This document shows, piece after piece, positions 1 through 13,265 of a DNA stretch of 64,000 bases; position 1 is the stretch's first letter; the number at the start of each line of letters is the position of its first letter. The translations under genes and the position numbers were made by a program. The stretch is taken from positions 91,078,001-91,142,000 of the forward strand of contig NC_043004.1 in assembly GCF_006345805.1 (NCBI RefSeq). The letters run 5' to 3'. The notes under the pieces were generated by a model. It had not been told where the DNA came from, ran no database searches, and saw nothing but the letters and a program-made list of their open reading frames with translations. This DNA is from Octopus sinensis (Eukaryota).

Positions 1-377
1 GTCATGTTGATGGCATGTGCTGTTCTCTCATTCAATAATGATGATGATGATGATGATGATGATGCATGTGGTTTATGAATACCTCTTATCACAAACAAAT
101 CAGTTTACAAACAATTTTTTGAATATAAACTGTCATGAGTGATGAATAGTGTCTCAAGTAACAAATATGCAAATTAGCAACAACGATTGATGACAAGGTG
201 GGCACATCAGCAGGAAGGCATCAGTTGCTGCTTAACTTTCACTCAGTGCATATCCCTACTCATATTCACAGTGCTTTCTCATAAATTTCCTGCAGGGGAA
301 AATAGTTTCAGTTTATGAACATTTTGAGTGATGACTTTCAGGAACAAATTAAATTCATAAACTAAAGTTCCACTATA

Positions 378-764
378 TCTTTATATATAAAAGTCAAGTT
401 GTGTGTCTGTCTCCTACAATTTAGATTCCTAACTACTCCCACATTTTGCAGTGCAGTTTAACCAAAACCGGGTATCTTATAGTCGTGATTCATATCGAGC
501 CCTTCTGGGTATTAGCGTGCGTCTACGATGAGTCTATGATTTAAAAAAAAATTTACCATCATTTTTTTCCATTTTAATGCATTTTTTTCGCTATTATATA
601 AGGGAAGTAACTCTCTAAAAATGTCTACGATGAGTCAACGATTAAAAAATAATTTACCATCATTTTTTTCCCATTTTTAATGCATTTTTTTGCTATAACT
701 CTCTAAAAATGCTTATATAATTATTTCCCTTACAAACCCGAGCAACGCCGGGCAATACTGCTAG
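378..764 (+). mobile_element. Non-autonomous Helitron (short family, copy 1)
   Basis: A|TCTTTATATATAAAAG 5' end; 3' hairpin CCCG-AGCAACGC-CGGG then CTAG|T; no TSD; internal ~100 bp tandem duplication; homologous to 5709-6106 and 15201-15506. Confidence 0.85.
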
Positions 765-3282
765 TATATATATAAAATATTATATTAGAGGTAAAATCAA
801 AATCAAAATTTAATTAGGGTAAAGTGGATTTGAAGTCTTACAGCCATTTCTAGGATAACCCAAGTGATAGGTTAGAATGTCCAGAGACAAGGTATGAATA
901 TATTGAATTGAAAAGAATCGGAGTGGCTTGTATTAGTTGAAGGGGTAAAGGTGTGTCTGACTGTAAGTTCAAGGATATAGTTAGATAGGGAGAGAATGTA
1001 AGGGGGAAAGAAAAAGAGATGAATAAATACTGGAAAAGGCAAGAAAGAACAGAAAATTTACTTATTAATAGAATAAAATAAGGGTGAGAAAGTAGGTCAG
1101 TTGCATAAGTGTGAGTGGGAGTACTGAATTCTAGACAAGGCAACAAAAACAGTGTGATAGTGGAGCATGTGCAAATTTGGGTTAAAGACAGCTACTGCTG
1201 TTCTTAGGTGAATGATAATGCGAGAACAATATTAGTAAGTATAACGACTGGAAATAGATATTTAAATAACAAACAGGTAAAAAAGGCCAAGAAACTAACT
1301 TACAATGTCTAGCAGCTGGCTTAGTACAAGGAGAAACCCACAAGATTATTCACCATCTTTCCAAAAATAACTTTGGCCACCTGTTTGAACTCAGTACCTC
1401 TATAATTTGTGGACATGCTTATAAAACCAAAAAACAGTGCAGTACCAGTGACTTTCAGAAACATCTTTTATGCTTAGAACTGTTGAAGCATAAAATAAAC
1501 TACCTGCATCAGATGTTAGCAGTTGTTAGCGTCCTTCAAAAATTTCATGCTCCCTGAAATTTGTCAATGCTATTCTGACATGTTTCCATGCACTCTTTCC
1601 TCATTATGACTCTTTTACTGTTCACTTTTGGGTTTTAATTTGTGTACTATCCATGTACTTCTAAGCTTTTATTGCTGTCTTTCTTTACTTGATTTGTGGC
1701 TGCTTTCTGTCCTTTCTCTTAGCCTTTTCCAACAAGTTCTAGTGCATCTGAGCACTGTATACAATAAGCTTATTATTAACTATATGTAATAATTATAAAA
1801 ATTAATAACAGTTTGTTTAAATAATGGCCCAAGGCCATAAATTTTGAGGGAAGGGATCAGTTAATACCATCAATCATAGTACTTGACTGGTACTATATTT
1901 TATTGACCACGGAGGAATAAAAGATAAAGTTGACTTTGGTGGGATCTGAACTGAGACTATAGTAAATTGGAGCAAATATCCCAAGGTATTTTATTTGATA
2001 TTCTAACAATTCAATCTAAACACACCTTAAATAAAAAATGAATTTTAGAATAACAGATGTTTGATTTCTGCAGAGTTTGTTAAATTTATGTTTACATCAA
2101 ATGGATTGTGAGGCAAATATTTTATCTATAAAGTGTTTTGATCCTTCAGAATAATTTTCTGCACATTATGATGTCAAGTAACTGGCAGGAAGCTATTGTT
2201 TACAAACCAACAAACATGAGGGAAACACACAAAGACACACATGCACACGTACATACACACACACTTCACCTACCAAATCTACACACAAGGCTATGGTGAG
2301 TCCAGGGTTATAGAAGAAGACACATGCCCAAGGAGGGACTGATCCCCAAAACTATGTGTTTGGGAAATGAACTTCTCAACTACATAACTATGCCCGCACA
2401 CATATAAATTGGATAATTATTTCATGTGCTAATTGTGATTATCACATAAAATGTATGTTATTGAAATAAAATGCAATATATGTGCAGAACTAGGCTAGCT
2501 TGCAGGAAAACACATGGAAACATGAGACAAACAAAACAAATCGAAACAGACTTTTAAATACAAATGAAATCGACTGTTTTAAATGATGAGTTTAGTAATG
2601 CAAGCCTATTGTGATTGCTATATGAATAGTGTCTAGGAAATGCTGCTTTAAAGGAGTGTCTTCTGAAAAATTTATGTTGATCACAAATAACCTGTTTCTT
2701 AATGACAATATCCAAAATGAACACAAAAATTAAAAGCCAGTGCCTGATCAATGAAGACTACATTGAAATATTATATGCATATTATAAAGTTTTATTATCC
2801 TCCTCCTCCTCTTCCACCTCCTTTAAAGTCTGCTTTCCATGTTGGTATAGGTTAGGCAGTTTGACCAAAGCTGGCCTAGTAGGAGAGCTGCACCAGGTTC
2901 CAATCTGGTTTGACCCAGGTTTGACAGCTGGATGCCCTTCCTAACGCCAATCACTTTACAGTGTGTGCAAAATAAAATCATGGTAATTGGCAGTGATTTA
3001 ATATATTACATTATATATCAAAATAAACAAGTATTATAAAAGACATATCTGAGGAGAAAGAATAGAAATGAAGAGATAATGTAACACTAAAGACTCCAAC
3101 AAAATTTTTTGCAGAAAAGACAAAAAAAAAAAAAGAAACACAGCAAACTGGCAAACAATCAAAACACATGCATTGAGTATGTGCACTTGATAAGGTTTAC
3201 AACACTAGTGCTGCTTTTAATTCATAACTGAATATATAATCATAGATATACAACATATATAGACATTTATACATATATATAT

Positions 3283-3290
<8 letters not shown>

Positions 3291-3352
<62 letters not shown>
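3291..3352. repeat. (TA)n microsatellite (one of dozens in the window)
   Basis: Directly visible; others e.g. 12836-12872, 16535-16578, 40895-41175. Confidence 0.95.
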
Positions 3353-3357
<5 letters not shown>

Positions 3358-3379
3358 CATATGTGTATATAGATATATA

Positions 3380-3685
3380 TAATGTAGTGAGGGCACATGG
3401 CTTAGTGCTTAGGGTATTGCACTCACAATCGCTAGATTGTGATTTCAATTCCTAGACTGGGTGGTGCATTGTGTTCTTGAGCAAAACACCTCATCTCATG
3501 TTGCACCCACTTCAACACCCGATGTATGGTACACAGTGCATCTATTCAGACAACATCGATTTGCTGGAGAGAGTGAGCTAATGTGTGGCATGAACAGTTG
3601 ACCACTATAAACAAATCATTTGCGTAGGTCGTTTGGCAATAGCTGAACACTCGCTCATAAGTCGTCTTTGATGAGAGAGTCAATC
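3380..3685 (+). mobile_element. Decayed tRNA-derived SINE with conserved central core (same family as 12880-13191)
   Basis: tRNA-like head (CATGGCTTAGTGCTTAGGG...ATTTCAATTCC) then TTGTGTTCTTGAGCAAAACAC core. Confidence 0.55.
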
Positions 3686-3688
3686 ATG

Positions 3689-3729
<41 letters not shown>

Positions 3730-3872
3730 ACACAGACATGACAGAAATAAATAGACACCCCATAAAACATTGCTTTATGTTTATTTTAACTTGAAATGGT
3801 TTGTATTTATTATTAATTGACATTTTTATGCTTCAGGTTCTACATGTGACTGTTTAATCATACTATGTACAA

Positions 3873-4253
3873 GTGGAGGCGCAATGGCCCAGTGGTTAAG
3901 GCAGCGGACTCGCGGTCATAGGATCGCGGTTTCGATTCCCAGACCGGGCGTTGTGAGTGTTTATTGAGCGAAAACACCTAAAGCTCCACAAGGCTCCGGC
4001 AGGGATGGTGGTGATCCCTGCTGTACTCTTTCACCACAACTTTCTCTCACTCTTACTTCCTGTTTCTGTTGTACCTGTATTTCAAAGGGCCAGCCTTGTC
4101 ACTCTCTGTGTCACGCTGAATATCCCCGAGAACTACGTTAAGGGTACACGTGTCTGTGGAGTGCTCAGCCACTTGCACGTTAATTTCACGAGCAGGCTGT
4201 TCCGTTTATCGGATCAACCGGAACCCTCGTCGTCGTAACCGACGGAGTGCTTC
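3873..4253 (+). mobile_element. tRNA-derived SINE, family B, full length with TSD
   Basis: A-box TGGCCCAGTGG and B-box GGTTTCGATTCCC; 10-bp TSD CTATGTACAA at 3863-3872 and 4256-4265; near-identical copy at 21253. Confidence 0.9.
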
Positions 4254-4291
4254 TGCTATGTACAAAGGAAGCTTTGGAACTGTCTGTTTAA

Positions 4292-4827
4292 AGAGGCTAT
4301 ATCGTGGGTCAATCTGAAGATGTAAAATTGCAGAAAACCTTGGGATTCTGCTTCTACAGTTAATAGAGTTGTGCAATTCACCAGAGAGAGGAGGGAGTCC
4401 ACATCAACTCACCAAGTCAACCAGGGCCCTCTGCCCTCTGACAGGATCCTTTGCTTTGTTAAGAGAAGTGTGGAGGATAATTCTTGTTGCAAGGCCTCTA
4501 ACATAGCAGAACAAGTTGATGTCAGTCCTAGCTAGAACTGTCAGGTATCTCCACAAACTTGGCTACTATGGCAGAGCAGCAAGAAGGAAGCAACTTCTAT
4601 GACCAGCCAATATCAAGTGAAGAAAAGATCGAGCCAGTGAGATGGTAGAGAGAGGCTACTAGCATTTTGGGACACTGTTATATTCTCTGATGAGTCAAGA
4701 TTTGCTATATTTTCTGACAGTGGTCGAATGTGGGTCTGGAGACTCTGTGATCAAGAATTTGACATGAAAAGACTGCAGCCAACGATGAAACATGGCAGCT
4801 ATTTTGTGATGGTTTGGGGAGCTATGC
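4292..4827 (+). mobile_element. Tc1-family transposase remnant
   Basis: Translates WDTVIFSDESRFAIFSDSGRMWVWR...QPTMKHGSYFVMVWGA (Tc1 DDE first Asp motif); upstream part frameshifted. Confidence 0.8.
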
Positions 4828-4985
4828 ATCCTGTTGAGTAATGTTACTCCAGAGATCCTTCAGAGGCACCCTACATCAACTGCTTATATTCACAGTCATA
4901 CTTTTTCAGTCATTACCCAATACATACAATATAATATGCAATATATCAGTAGTACTGATATATATATATATATATATATACATAT

Positions 4986-5190
4986 ATGGCTGTGTGGTTA
5001 GGGAGCTTGCTTCCCAACTACATGGTTTCGGGTTCAGTCCCACTGCGTGGCACTTTGGGTAGGTGTCTTCCGCTATACCCCCGAGCCGACGGTGCTTTGT
5101 GATTGAATTCGGTAGGCGGGAGTTACTGCCGTGTGTGTACGTGTGCGTATAGCTGCTCAGTGCCTCTCCGAAAGAGAGAGAGGGATATAC
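4986..5190 (+). mobile_element. SINE family A, short-tail variant
   Basis: TGGCTGTGTGG...GGGTTCAGTCCCACTGCGTGGCAC head; tail CTCAGTGCCTCTCCGAAAGAGAG shared with 34518-34728. Confidence 0.75.
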
Positions 5191-5708
5191 ACATCTTCAT
5201 ATATAAATGACAATTTCTGTCCGTCTGTCTGTTACCATCTTGCTGTCCAAACCAGCAAACCAATCTTCAACAAACTTTGTACACATGTTGAACTAACATC
5301 CAGTTCAATTATAGACTAAATGGATTTCAATAAAAATCGATAATGAACTGACTATGAGGTTGGGCTATTACATGATAAAATGAGAGGGGTGCAAAAATGT
5401 TAGGTTCCGGGAAATGTGGCATAATGAGAGTGGCTGACATAAGGGAAGTGGAAGCAACAGGAAGAGATAGATACACAGGGAATGTGAGAGACAGACAGGA
5501 AGAGACAGCACTTAACGCATACACTTTAGTGAATCAACTATCATATGCTCCGTCAAAACTTTTACAATATGTCCCACAACAGATGTTAAACAAGTGAAAG
5601 GTAAAGTGTTTTTATATTTGTTTTCAAATCACCATATTAAGATTTATTAAAATTTTACCAATGTACTCAAACAATACACTGTATATAATGTCTTGCTTGT
5701 CTTCCATA

Positions 5709-6106
5709 TCTTATATATAAAAGTGAGGTTGTGTGCTGTCTGTCTCCTACGATTTAGATTCCTAACTACTCCCACATTTTGCGGTGCAGTTTAATCAAAA
5801 CCGGGTATCTTATAGTCATGATTCATATCGAGCCCTTCTGGGTATTAGCGCGCATCTACGATGAGTCTATGATTTAAAAAAAAATTTACCATCAATTTTT
5901 CCCATTTTTAATGCATTTTTGGCAAATATAAGGGAAGTAACTCTCTAAAAATTTATTATTAAATCTCAGAACGTAAAAAGCTACAGTAACACCCCCCCCC
6001 CTTTGTGGTTAGCCATATTGAGATGGCTATTATACTTTACATCTCTAAAAATGCTTATATAGTTATTTCCCTTACAAACCCGAGCAACGCCGGGCGATAC
6101 TGCTAG
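5709..6106 (+). mobile_element. Non-autonomous Helitron (short family, copy 2)
   Basis: A|TCTTATATATAAAAG ... CCCGAGCAACGCCGGGCGATACTGCTAG|T; high identity to 378-764. Confidence 0.85.
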
Positions 6107-8625
6107 TATATATATAAAAGAGAGTTTGTGTGTGGTGGTGGTGGTGGTGGGGGGGCGTATCTTCCTTATGCATTCGAAAACTCAGTTGCCGATTTTGATG
6201 TATGGGGTATCAAAAGATTCAGTAATCTTAGACTACCAAATAAACTTTATTTTCATTTACATATTTGCATTACAAAAATTTTACATAATAATCTTTTCTA
6301 TAAGTCAACTATCTTAAATATTTTATACCACGATGACAACAATGATGACATCACATTTTCTATATGAGTGAATGCTTTAAAAGACATCCATTTCTTTACA
6401 TTATGACGAAATGCAGTCACTCACTCTCTCACATGCACACACATAAATAGATACAAAAAAGATGTATGCATATGTATCTATGTACATGTATATGAAAGAT
6501 GTATCTGTGTGAGACATAGAGAGAGACCTAGTGAGTGCCACTTACATATACAGGCAAAAATATACATACATGACAACACACAAACATTCCCTCACTCACT
6601 CTCTCTCTCTCTCTCTCTCTCTCATGCACAAGCACACATACTCATCCATTTCATAAACACATACATACACCTTTCACTTTCTGCCCTCACTTCAAAGCAA
6701 ATGTTGCCATTTCACTTTCTCTTCTCTTTCAATTTCTCTCTTCAAAGCATAAAGAAATAAAAAATGTTTACAGAAATTAACAAATATATTCAAAAACTGA
6801 GTTGCTGAATTTGACATATGGAGTATCAAAAGATACTTTATTTTCATTTACATATTTGCATTACAAAAATTAAACATTATAATGTTTCTGTAATTCAGCT
6901 ATTCTAAATGACATTTTATACCACAACAACGATGACGTCATATTTTCTATATGAGTGTGTACTTTAAAAGATATCCATTTCTCTAGATGCTTTGAGGAAA
7001 TACAGTCACTCACTTTTCCTCTCACATGCACACACACACACACATACATACAAAAAACATGTATGCATATGTATTTATGTACATGTATACAAAAGATAAT
7101 GTGTGTGTATGAGTGAGAGAGAGAGAAAGAAAGCAAGTGAGTGCCACTTACATATACATGCAAAAAAGATATACATGACAACACACACCTTCGCTCACTT
7201 TCTTTCTCTCTCTCTCTTTCTACACACACACACACACACCACACACATTCATTTCATATACACATACACACATATATATATATATCTCACTTTCTGCTCT
7301 TACTTCAAAGCAAATGTTGCCTTTTTATTTTCTCCTCTCTTTCAATTTCTGCTCTCTTCGGGACATAAAGAAATAAAAAATTTTCATGGAAATTAATGAA
7401 CAATCATATAATTCCATATGATCGACTATATGATTGAGTAGACAACTTTCTTGCTTCAAACAAAAGAATGCCATAAAATAACTCCTCTGGCACACACACT
7501 AGGTAAAAACTTCTGTATGAATTATGTTATTTCCTGTTATGTGCACGAGAAAAATTACAGCTCAAGTCCTATTGAAATCACCTTTTTCTATTCTGTATTT
7601 CATGTCTGTGATGAGTGTATTTAAAAACCCAATCTTTGATATAAATTTAAAAGGAAGTCCTCCAAGAAACCCTGTCCTTTACCAGTTGTTTCTAGCATGT
7701 CCAATGTGACATTTGCGCACCCTCCACTGCCACCTTGATATTTTCCCTAAATTTTTTCCAATTCCTATGTTTTCAATACAGGAGATTAAGATTTTACCCT
7801 CAAATATTTTAATTTTCTCCCTTCCCATCCCAATTTCTTCATCTTTTTAGTTTTTTCAAATTTTTTTCTTGATAATCCATAGAGAAAAAACAGAGAGTAT
7901 GAATCTTGAAGAATTTTCTTCTTTCTTTTTTCTTAAAGAAACACTAAAATCTCCTTCCAAAACATCCAACCATCACCTCCCCACTTTCAAAAAGCTACAA
8001 ACTCCCAATGTTTCACTTTTGGTATTTTGGAAAGTAGGGAAGTTTCTTCAGAAATAATGTCGTTTATCTGTTGTTTCTGGTAGTGGTCTAATATTTTTTA
8101 CATCTGCTATTTCAGTACAATTCTATGCATGCGTGAAACATCAGATGAAAGTGAAACATTGGGTGCTTTTAACTTTTTGAAAGTGGGCAAGAGGCATTGA
8201 GTGTTTCTTTAAGAAAAATTAAATTATAAAAAAAAAATGCATTTCCTAGATTCATAATCTCTGTATTTTTCTACATGGATAAAGAAAAATTCGTAAAAAA
8301 GTTGCAAATTAAGAAATTGCGGTGGCAATGGGAGGAAACTGAAATTTTGAAAATGTGATTTCTCAGCAAAATCGTATTAATCCCATTTTATATGATGAAA
8401 CAATATATAGTTTGTGATCCTTCTTAAGAGCAGAAAGCACTTTCATGCAAATCCATGTAAATTGTACCCACCTCACTTCACTTTCAAACAAACAATAACT
8501 TCCATTACGCCAGTAATCCAGTTCACTGAATATCAGCTGTGCCGATTCTGCCCATAAGAAAGGAACAAATGATACAATGTGGATGTAGGTCATAACAGCC
8601 GGGCAATGCCAGGATGCATTGTTAG
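6107..8625 (+). mobile_element. Larger non-autonomous Helitron abutting copy 2 head-to-tail
   Basis: Starts TATATATATAAAAGAGAGTTTGTGTG (cf. short-family 5' end ATATATAAAAGTGAGGTTGTGTG). Ends CCGGGCAATGCCAGG...TGTTAG|T, a decayed Helitron hairpin plus CTAG-like end. Contains a diverged ~616 bp tandem duplication. Confidence 0.55.
6177..7396 (+). repeat. Diverged tandem duplication, two ~616 bp units
   Basis: Units at ~6177 and ~6793 share collinear blocks, e.g. ACTTTATTTTCATTTACATATTTGCATTACAAAAATT, GTGAGTGCCACTTACATATACA, CTTCAAAGCAAATGTTGCC. Confidence 0.85.
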
Positions 8626-8870
8626 TGTATGTGTATGTGTGTGTGTATTTATATGTTTATAGGAAGATAAACGTTATGGCCAGTCGTTGAGTGATCATTG
8701 GATTTGCACCTATAAAGCACTTAGCAATAGAGGTAACTTGCCAGGCTTGAATGGCTGAAGGCATATAACCTCTCTACAACTAGAAGAAATGAGTAACAGT
8801 CGGTAGGTTTGTGAACAAAAAATATCTGTGGTACAGGCAGGAAGATATATATATACATATATATATACAT

Positions 8871-9070
8871 ATAAAGTTAATCCAAACAAGAAAGCACAAA
8901 AAAACACAACAACGCGAGGACGTGGAACAAATATAGTATTATTGGACGCTCAGGAAAGAAGGAAAGAAGGAAGGTTTAAGATTTCGAGCGGAGCTCTTCG
9001 TCGGAAATATAGGAGAAGGAAAGATCCAGAGAATGGAAGACAGAGGAAAAAAAATCGCCAACGGTACACA
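8871..9070 (-). mobile_element. PLE/retrozyme-like short element between TA repeats (homologous to 54122-54340)
   Basis: ~200 bp near-identical to 54122-54310; carries a hammerhead-like motif on the minus strand. Confidence 0.65.
8974..9008 (-). ncRNA. Hammerhead-like motif, U4C variant (CCGACGA core), likely decayed
   Basis: TTT-CCGACGA-A-GAGC tcc GCTC-GAAA-TCT-T-AAA: stem I TTT/AAA, stem II GAGC/GCTC, GAAA; stem III imperfect. Confidence 0.5.
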
Positions 9071-9074
9071 CAAG

Positions 9075-9108
<34 letters not shown>

Positions 9109-9862
9109 GCATAAATACATATATATCAGTATGTGTGTGTGTATATATACTTTTTTTACAAGGAACAGAAGGGAGCCATCAGTCAAGTTCTAGGAATGAG
9201 AATGCAAATTATACTTATTTTATCAACCCTAGAAGGAAGAAAAACAAGTTTGCATGGGCAGGATTTGAACTCAGTATCTAACTAAACACTGCAAGGTATT
9301 TTTGTCTGACACTCAACCGGTTCTGTTAATCCATTGCCCACTTCACAGGATAAATAGCCTTTTAAAATGTATCCTTCTTTGATTTAGTTTTTATTTGTTT
9401 CTTAACTAATTCTTTTCTTTTTATTTCAAAACTATCTGGAATGTTCTGAAAGACAGCACAGTCACAGAACATCACAGTTTTTATTGTCTAATTTAGATAC
9501 TTCAATATTTGTAGACAACTGGTTCAGCCATATTTGTCTGTGTATTTTCTTTGCTTTTTTTTGTTTCTTTAACGTTTATCCTGTTTTCTCTTCTTTTTTA
9601 ATCAATCACACAGGCTATATGTCACGGTGGAGGGAAGTATACCACCTGGCAGTGAATGTCCTGTGTGCATGCGTGTTTGTGTGTGTGTCTGTGTGTGTGT
9701 GTGGGTGTGTGTGTGGGTGGGTGGGTGGTGATGACCATGATGATAATGATGGTGGTTATGGTGGTAGTGGTTTTGATAATGATGGTAATCGTGGTGATGG
9801 TGATGATGACAATAGTAATAATATAGTGATCATGTCATGATGATGATGATGATGATGATGGA

Positions 9863-10048
9863 TGGAAGCACTCCGTCGGTTACTACGACGAGGGTTCCGG
9901 TTGATCCGAATCAATGAAACAGACTGCTCGTGAAATTAACGTGTAAGTGGCTGAGCACTCCACAGACACGTGTACCCTTAATGTAGTTCTCGGGGATATT
10001 CAGCGTGACACAAAGAGTGACAAGGCTGGCCCTTTGAAATACAGGTAC
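9863..10048 (-). mobile_element. SINE family B, 3' half
   Basis: Reverse complement of the 3' part of 3873-4253 (GGAAGCACTCCGTCGGTTAC...TTTGAAATACAGGTAC). Confidence 0.85.
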
Positions 10049-11046
10049 ATGAACATCACAAATTCCACCGTTTTAACATTCTCTCATTGATGGCTGTATT
10101 ATTTGCAAGACTTGAGAGCATGGGATAAATAAATATTAACCCCGACAACAATAAATAAAAGGGCAAAGTAAAGAAAGCATCAAGTTGGCACTTTCTTTTT
10201 TACAATAAAACACAGTTGATATTCAACCTTGACCATTTTCTTCCTATGTCAATAGTTGTTGCTATAGTGGTAGTGGAATGGCAACAGTCTTAGTCTAAAT
10301 ACTTTTATTTTAATTTATATTGTAATTAGTTAAGGAAAGGCTTATTGGTTAGAACATCACAACTTGACAATCACTGGGTCAATGCATTTCTCAGTGCAAG
10401 TGTAGGGAGTGACCGTAACATAAGGCAGAAGAATTATTGCAAAGGATTTCATCTGAAAAGCACTGGTTATGGCAGAGGACTTCAACAGCAGATCATCGTT
10501 TTCATCATCATTTTAATGTCCACTTCTCCATGTTCCTATGGGTCAGATGGAATTTTATGAGGGAGATTTTCTACAGCATAATGTCCTTACTGTTATCAAC
10601 TCTCCCTTGTTCCTGAGCAAGATAATATTTCTCCGTGACCAGGTATGTTTCCATGGAAAACTAGGAACAAATGATAGAACTTGCATAACACTGAAGCTCA
10701 TTTACAATCATCACACAATATCAAGACAAGGAGACACAAACGCATACACATTCAGAAATACATACACACACATACACAATGAACTTCTTTCGGTTCCAGT
10801 CAGACACAGGGCTTTGATTGACCTGAAGCGCTATTAAAAGATACTTGTGCCAGGTACCATGCAGTGGGACTGAACTCAAATAAACTATGTTGTTGGAAAG
10901 CAAACTTTTTAACCACATAACCTACCTGTGATATATATATATATATATAAGTTCAGCAACAATTTAGATTCAAATGAATATGGCACTTAATTTAGATGCA
11001 CCAGAATTTTTTATGGTGTTACCCATAAAAATATGCGGGGTGATTT

Positions 11047-11299
11047 TAATCAAAAATAAGCAACAAGAATGAATCCGGTAAATTAGTACAATTGTTTCAT
11101 ACTACAACATTTTATTAAAAGCTGTAAATATTACAAATCATTTGAGAACTTTATATTATTGGAAAACCTATATAAAATTAGCTGAAGATTACACGGCATC
11201 TTAAATCTGCTGTAATATTTACAGCTTTTAATAAAATGTTGTAGTATGAAACAATTGTACTAATTTACCGGATTCATTCTTGTTGCTTATTTTTGATTA
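11047..11299. repeat. Foldback palindrome, ~89 bp arms, ~75 bp spacer (PLE pseudo-LTR-like)
   Basis: 11047-11135 is the reverse complement of 11211-11299; ends at (TA)n. Confidence 0.9.
11175..11266 (+). ncRNA. Hammerhead motif with long, irregular stem II
   Basis: AAATTAG-CTGAAGA-(~59 nt)-GAAA-CAATTG-T-A-CTAATTT: 7-bp stem I, canonical core, palindromic stem III ACAATTGT, GUA site. Stem II closure is poor. Confidence 0.55.
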
Positions 11300-11318
11300 T
11301 ATATATATATATATATAT

Positions 11319-11935
11319 CATCATCATGATCATCTTCATTTAATGTCTACTTTCCATGCTGGCATGGGTTGGATGGTTTGACTGAAAACTGGTAAGCTGG
11401 GGAGCTGCTTCAGGTTCCAGTCTGATTTTCCATGGTCTCTACAGAACCACTCCAAGAGTGTAGTGGGTGCTTATTACATGCCACTGGCATGAGTGCCAGT
11501 TATGCAGCACCACCTTCAGTCATGAATACAATCTTACTTGGCTTGGCAGGTCTTCTGAAGCACAGAGAATCACCAAAGGTCTTGACCTTGTCACTGCCTC
11601 CATGAGGCCCAATGTTTGAGCAGTGCTTTTTACATGCCACCAGCACAGGTGTCAGTTATGCGACACTGGCATCGACCATGACTATGATTTCACTTGGCTT
11701 GTCTGGTCTTTTCAAGCACAGCATATCGTACACTGTTAAAGTGTGTTTTTTACATGCCAGTTACATAACATTGGCATTGACCACACCTATGATTTCACTT
11801 GACAGGTCTTCTCAAGCATAACATATCACCAAAGGTCTTGGTCACTTACTATTGTCTCCAGGAGGCCTAATGTTTGAAGATCATGCTTCACCACCTCGTC
11901 CCATGTCTTCTTGGTCTACTGCTTCCATAGGTTAC
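11319..11935 (-). mobile_element. RTE LINE 3'-end copy, old
   Basis: (CAT)n-TTTAATGTC...TTTCCATGCTGGCATGGG tail homologous to 25189-25340, with decayed UTR repeats. Confidence 0.75.
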
Positions 11936-11982
11936 CTCCACCATATATAATTTCTATATATTTGTGTGCTGTGTGTGTGGTG

Positions 11983-12013
<31 letters not shown>

Positions 12014-12039
12014 TGTGTGTATGTATACATACATAGATA

Positions 12040-12225
12040 CAGGGGTTGGACAAAATTATGGAAGCACCTAGCATCAAAGCATCATGATTTTGAAATATCT
12101 ATAAAACTGTCAAAAGCTTGTTTATTTTTGTTTTTTGATTTATTATTAGTGTCGCTTAATATGTTTTGCTAAAATTGCTGTTTCTTTTCAGATATCATCA
12201 GGAAAAGGTAATTAGAATTCATTAA
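12040..12225 (+). mobile_element. Tc1-type terminal fragment
   Basis: TA|CAGGGGTTGGACAAAATTATGGAAGCACC resembles a Tc1 TIR; no partner end seen. Confidence 0.45.
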
Positions 12226-12831
12226 ATTATAAATCTATTGGCCTTTCATGTTTGTATATATATATATATATATAATTTGTATATATATGTTTGTGTGTTT
12301 GTGTATATAATATATAATCTATAAATTCTATATATATATATATATATTTGAATATACACATATACACATACACATACACACACATATATATATATATATA
12401 TACACACACACATACATATACATATATTTTCATATATCTTATTTATTTATATATATATAATTTGTATATGTGTGTGTGTGTATATATATATATATATACA
12501 TGCACACACATACATGTGTGTGTGTGTGTATATATAAGTAAATAGAGATATTGATACACATACACATACATACACACACACAGGCCTTAAGGAAGTTAAA
12601 GTTTGGTAGGGGGAGCAGCTGTACATACTGTAATCCTCCAAATCATATCAGGCAGCAGTAACTAAGAATAAGAAACGAGCTGGACCAGGATGACCTATTT
12701 AATCTATGCCTGAGTGGAAAGTGAACTCTGAACAATGTTCATGATGACAATGCAGATATACATTTACAAATGCTGACAAATAATGACATGCATGACAAAT
12801 TTTATAGTATAGTACATGGACGACTGTAGGG

Positions 12832-12874
<43 letters not shown>

Positions 12875-12879
12875 AACAT

Positions 12880-13191
12880 GAAGGTGCATGGCTCAGTGGT
12901 TAGAGCATTGAGCTTATGATCGTGAGGTTGTGAGTTCGAATCCCAGCCCGGGCTGCATGTTGTGTTCTTGAACAAGACACTTTATTTCACTTTGCTCCAG
13001 TTCACTCAGCTGTAGAAATGAGTCGCAATGTCACAGGTGCCAAGCTGTATCTGCTGTCGGATAACACTGGTGGCGTGGAGTGGGGAGGCCAGTATGCATG
13101 GGCGACTGCTGGTCTTCTATAAACAACCTTGCCTGGGAGGATAACTTTCTAGGTGTAATCCCACACTTAGTCATGACCGAAAGGGGTCTCA
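12880..13191 (+). mobile_element. tRNA-derived SINE with conserved central core
   Basis: A-box TGGCTCAGTGG, B-box GAGTTCGAATCCC, then TTGTGTTCTTGAACAAGACACTTTATTTCAC...CCAGTTCACTCAGCTG core. Confidence 0.8.
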
Positions 13192-13265
13192 ATATACAAA
13201 CATATACATGAACGCAGCTTTAAAGCTGAAACACTTAAAAAAAATACCCATACAAGGTTCTTTTA

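Noticed and set aside
1296-1385. Minus-strand GTAAGT donor-like site with an upstream AG
   Set aside because: All three frames between the sites contain stops.
3873-3950. tRNA-like sequences (also at 12880, 21253, 42067)
   Set aside because: They are SINE heads continuous with SINE bodies and TSDs; no complete cloverleaf was evident.
4686-4700. CTGATGA hammerhead-like heptamer
   Set aside because: No stem II/GAAA follows; it is the SDES codons of the Tc1 remnant. The same applies to the heptamer at ~58958.
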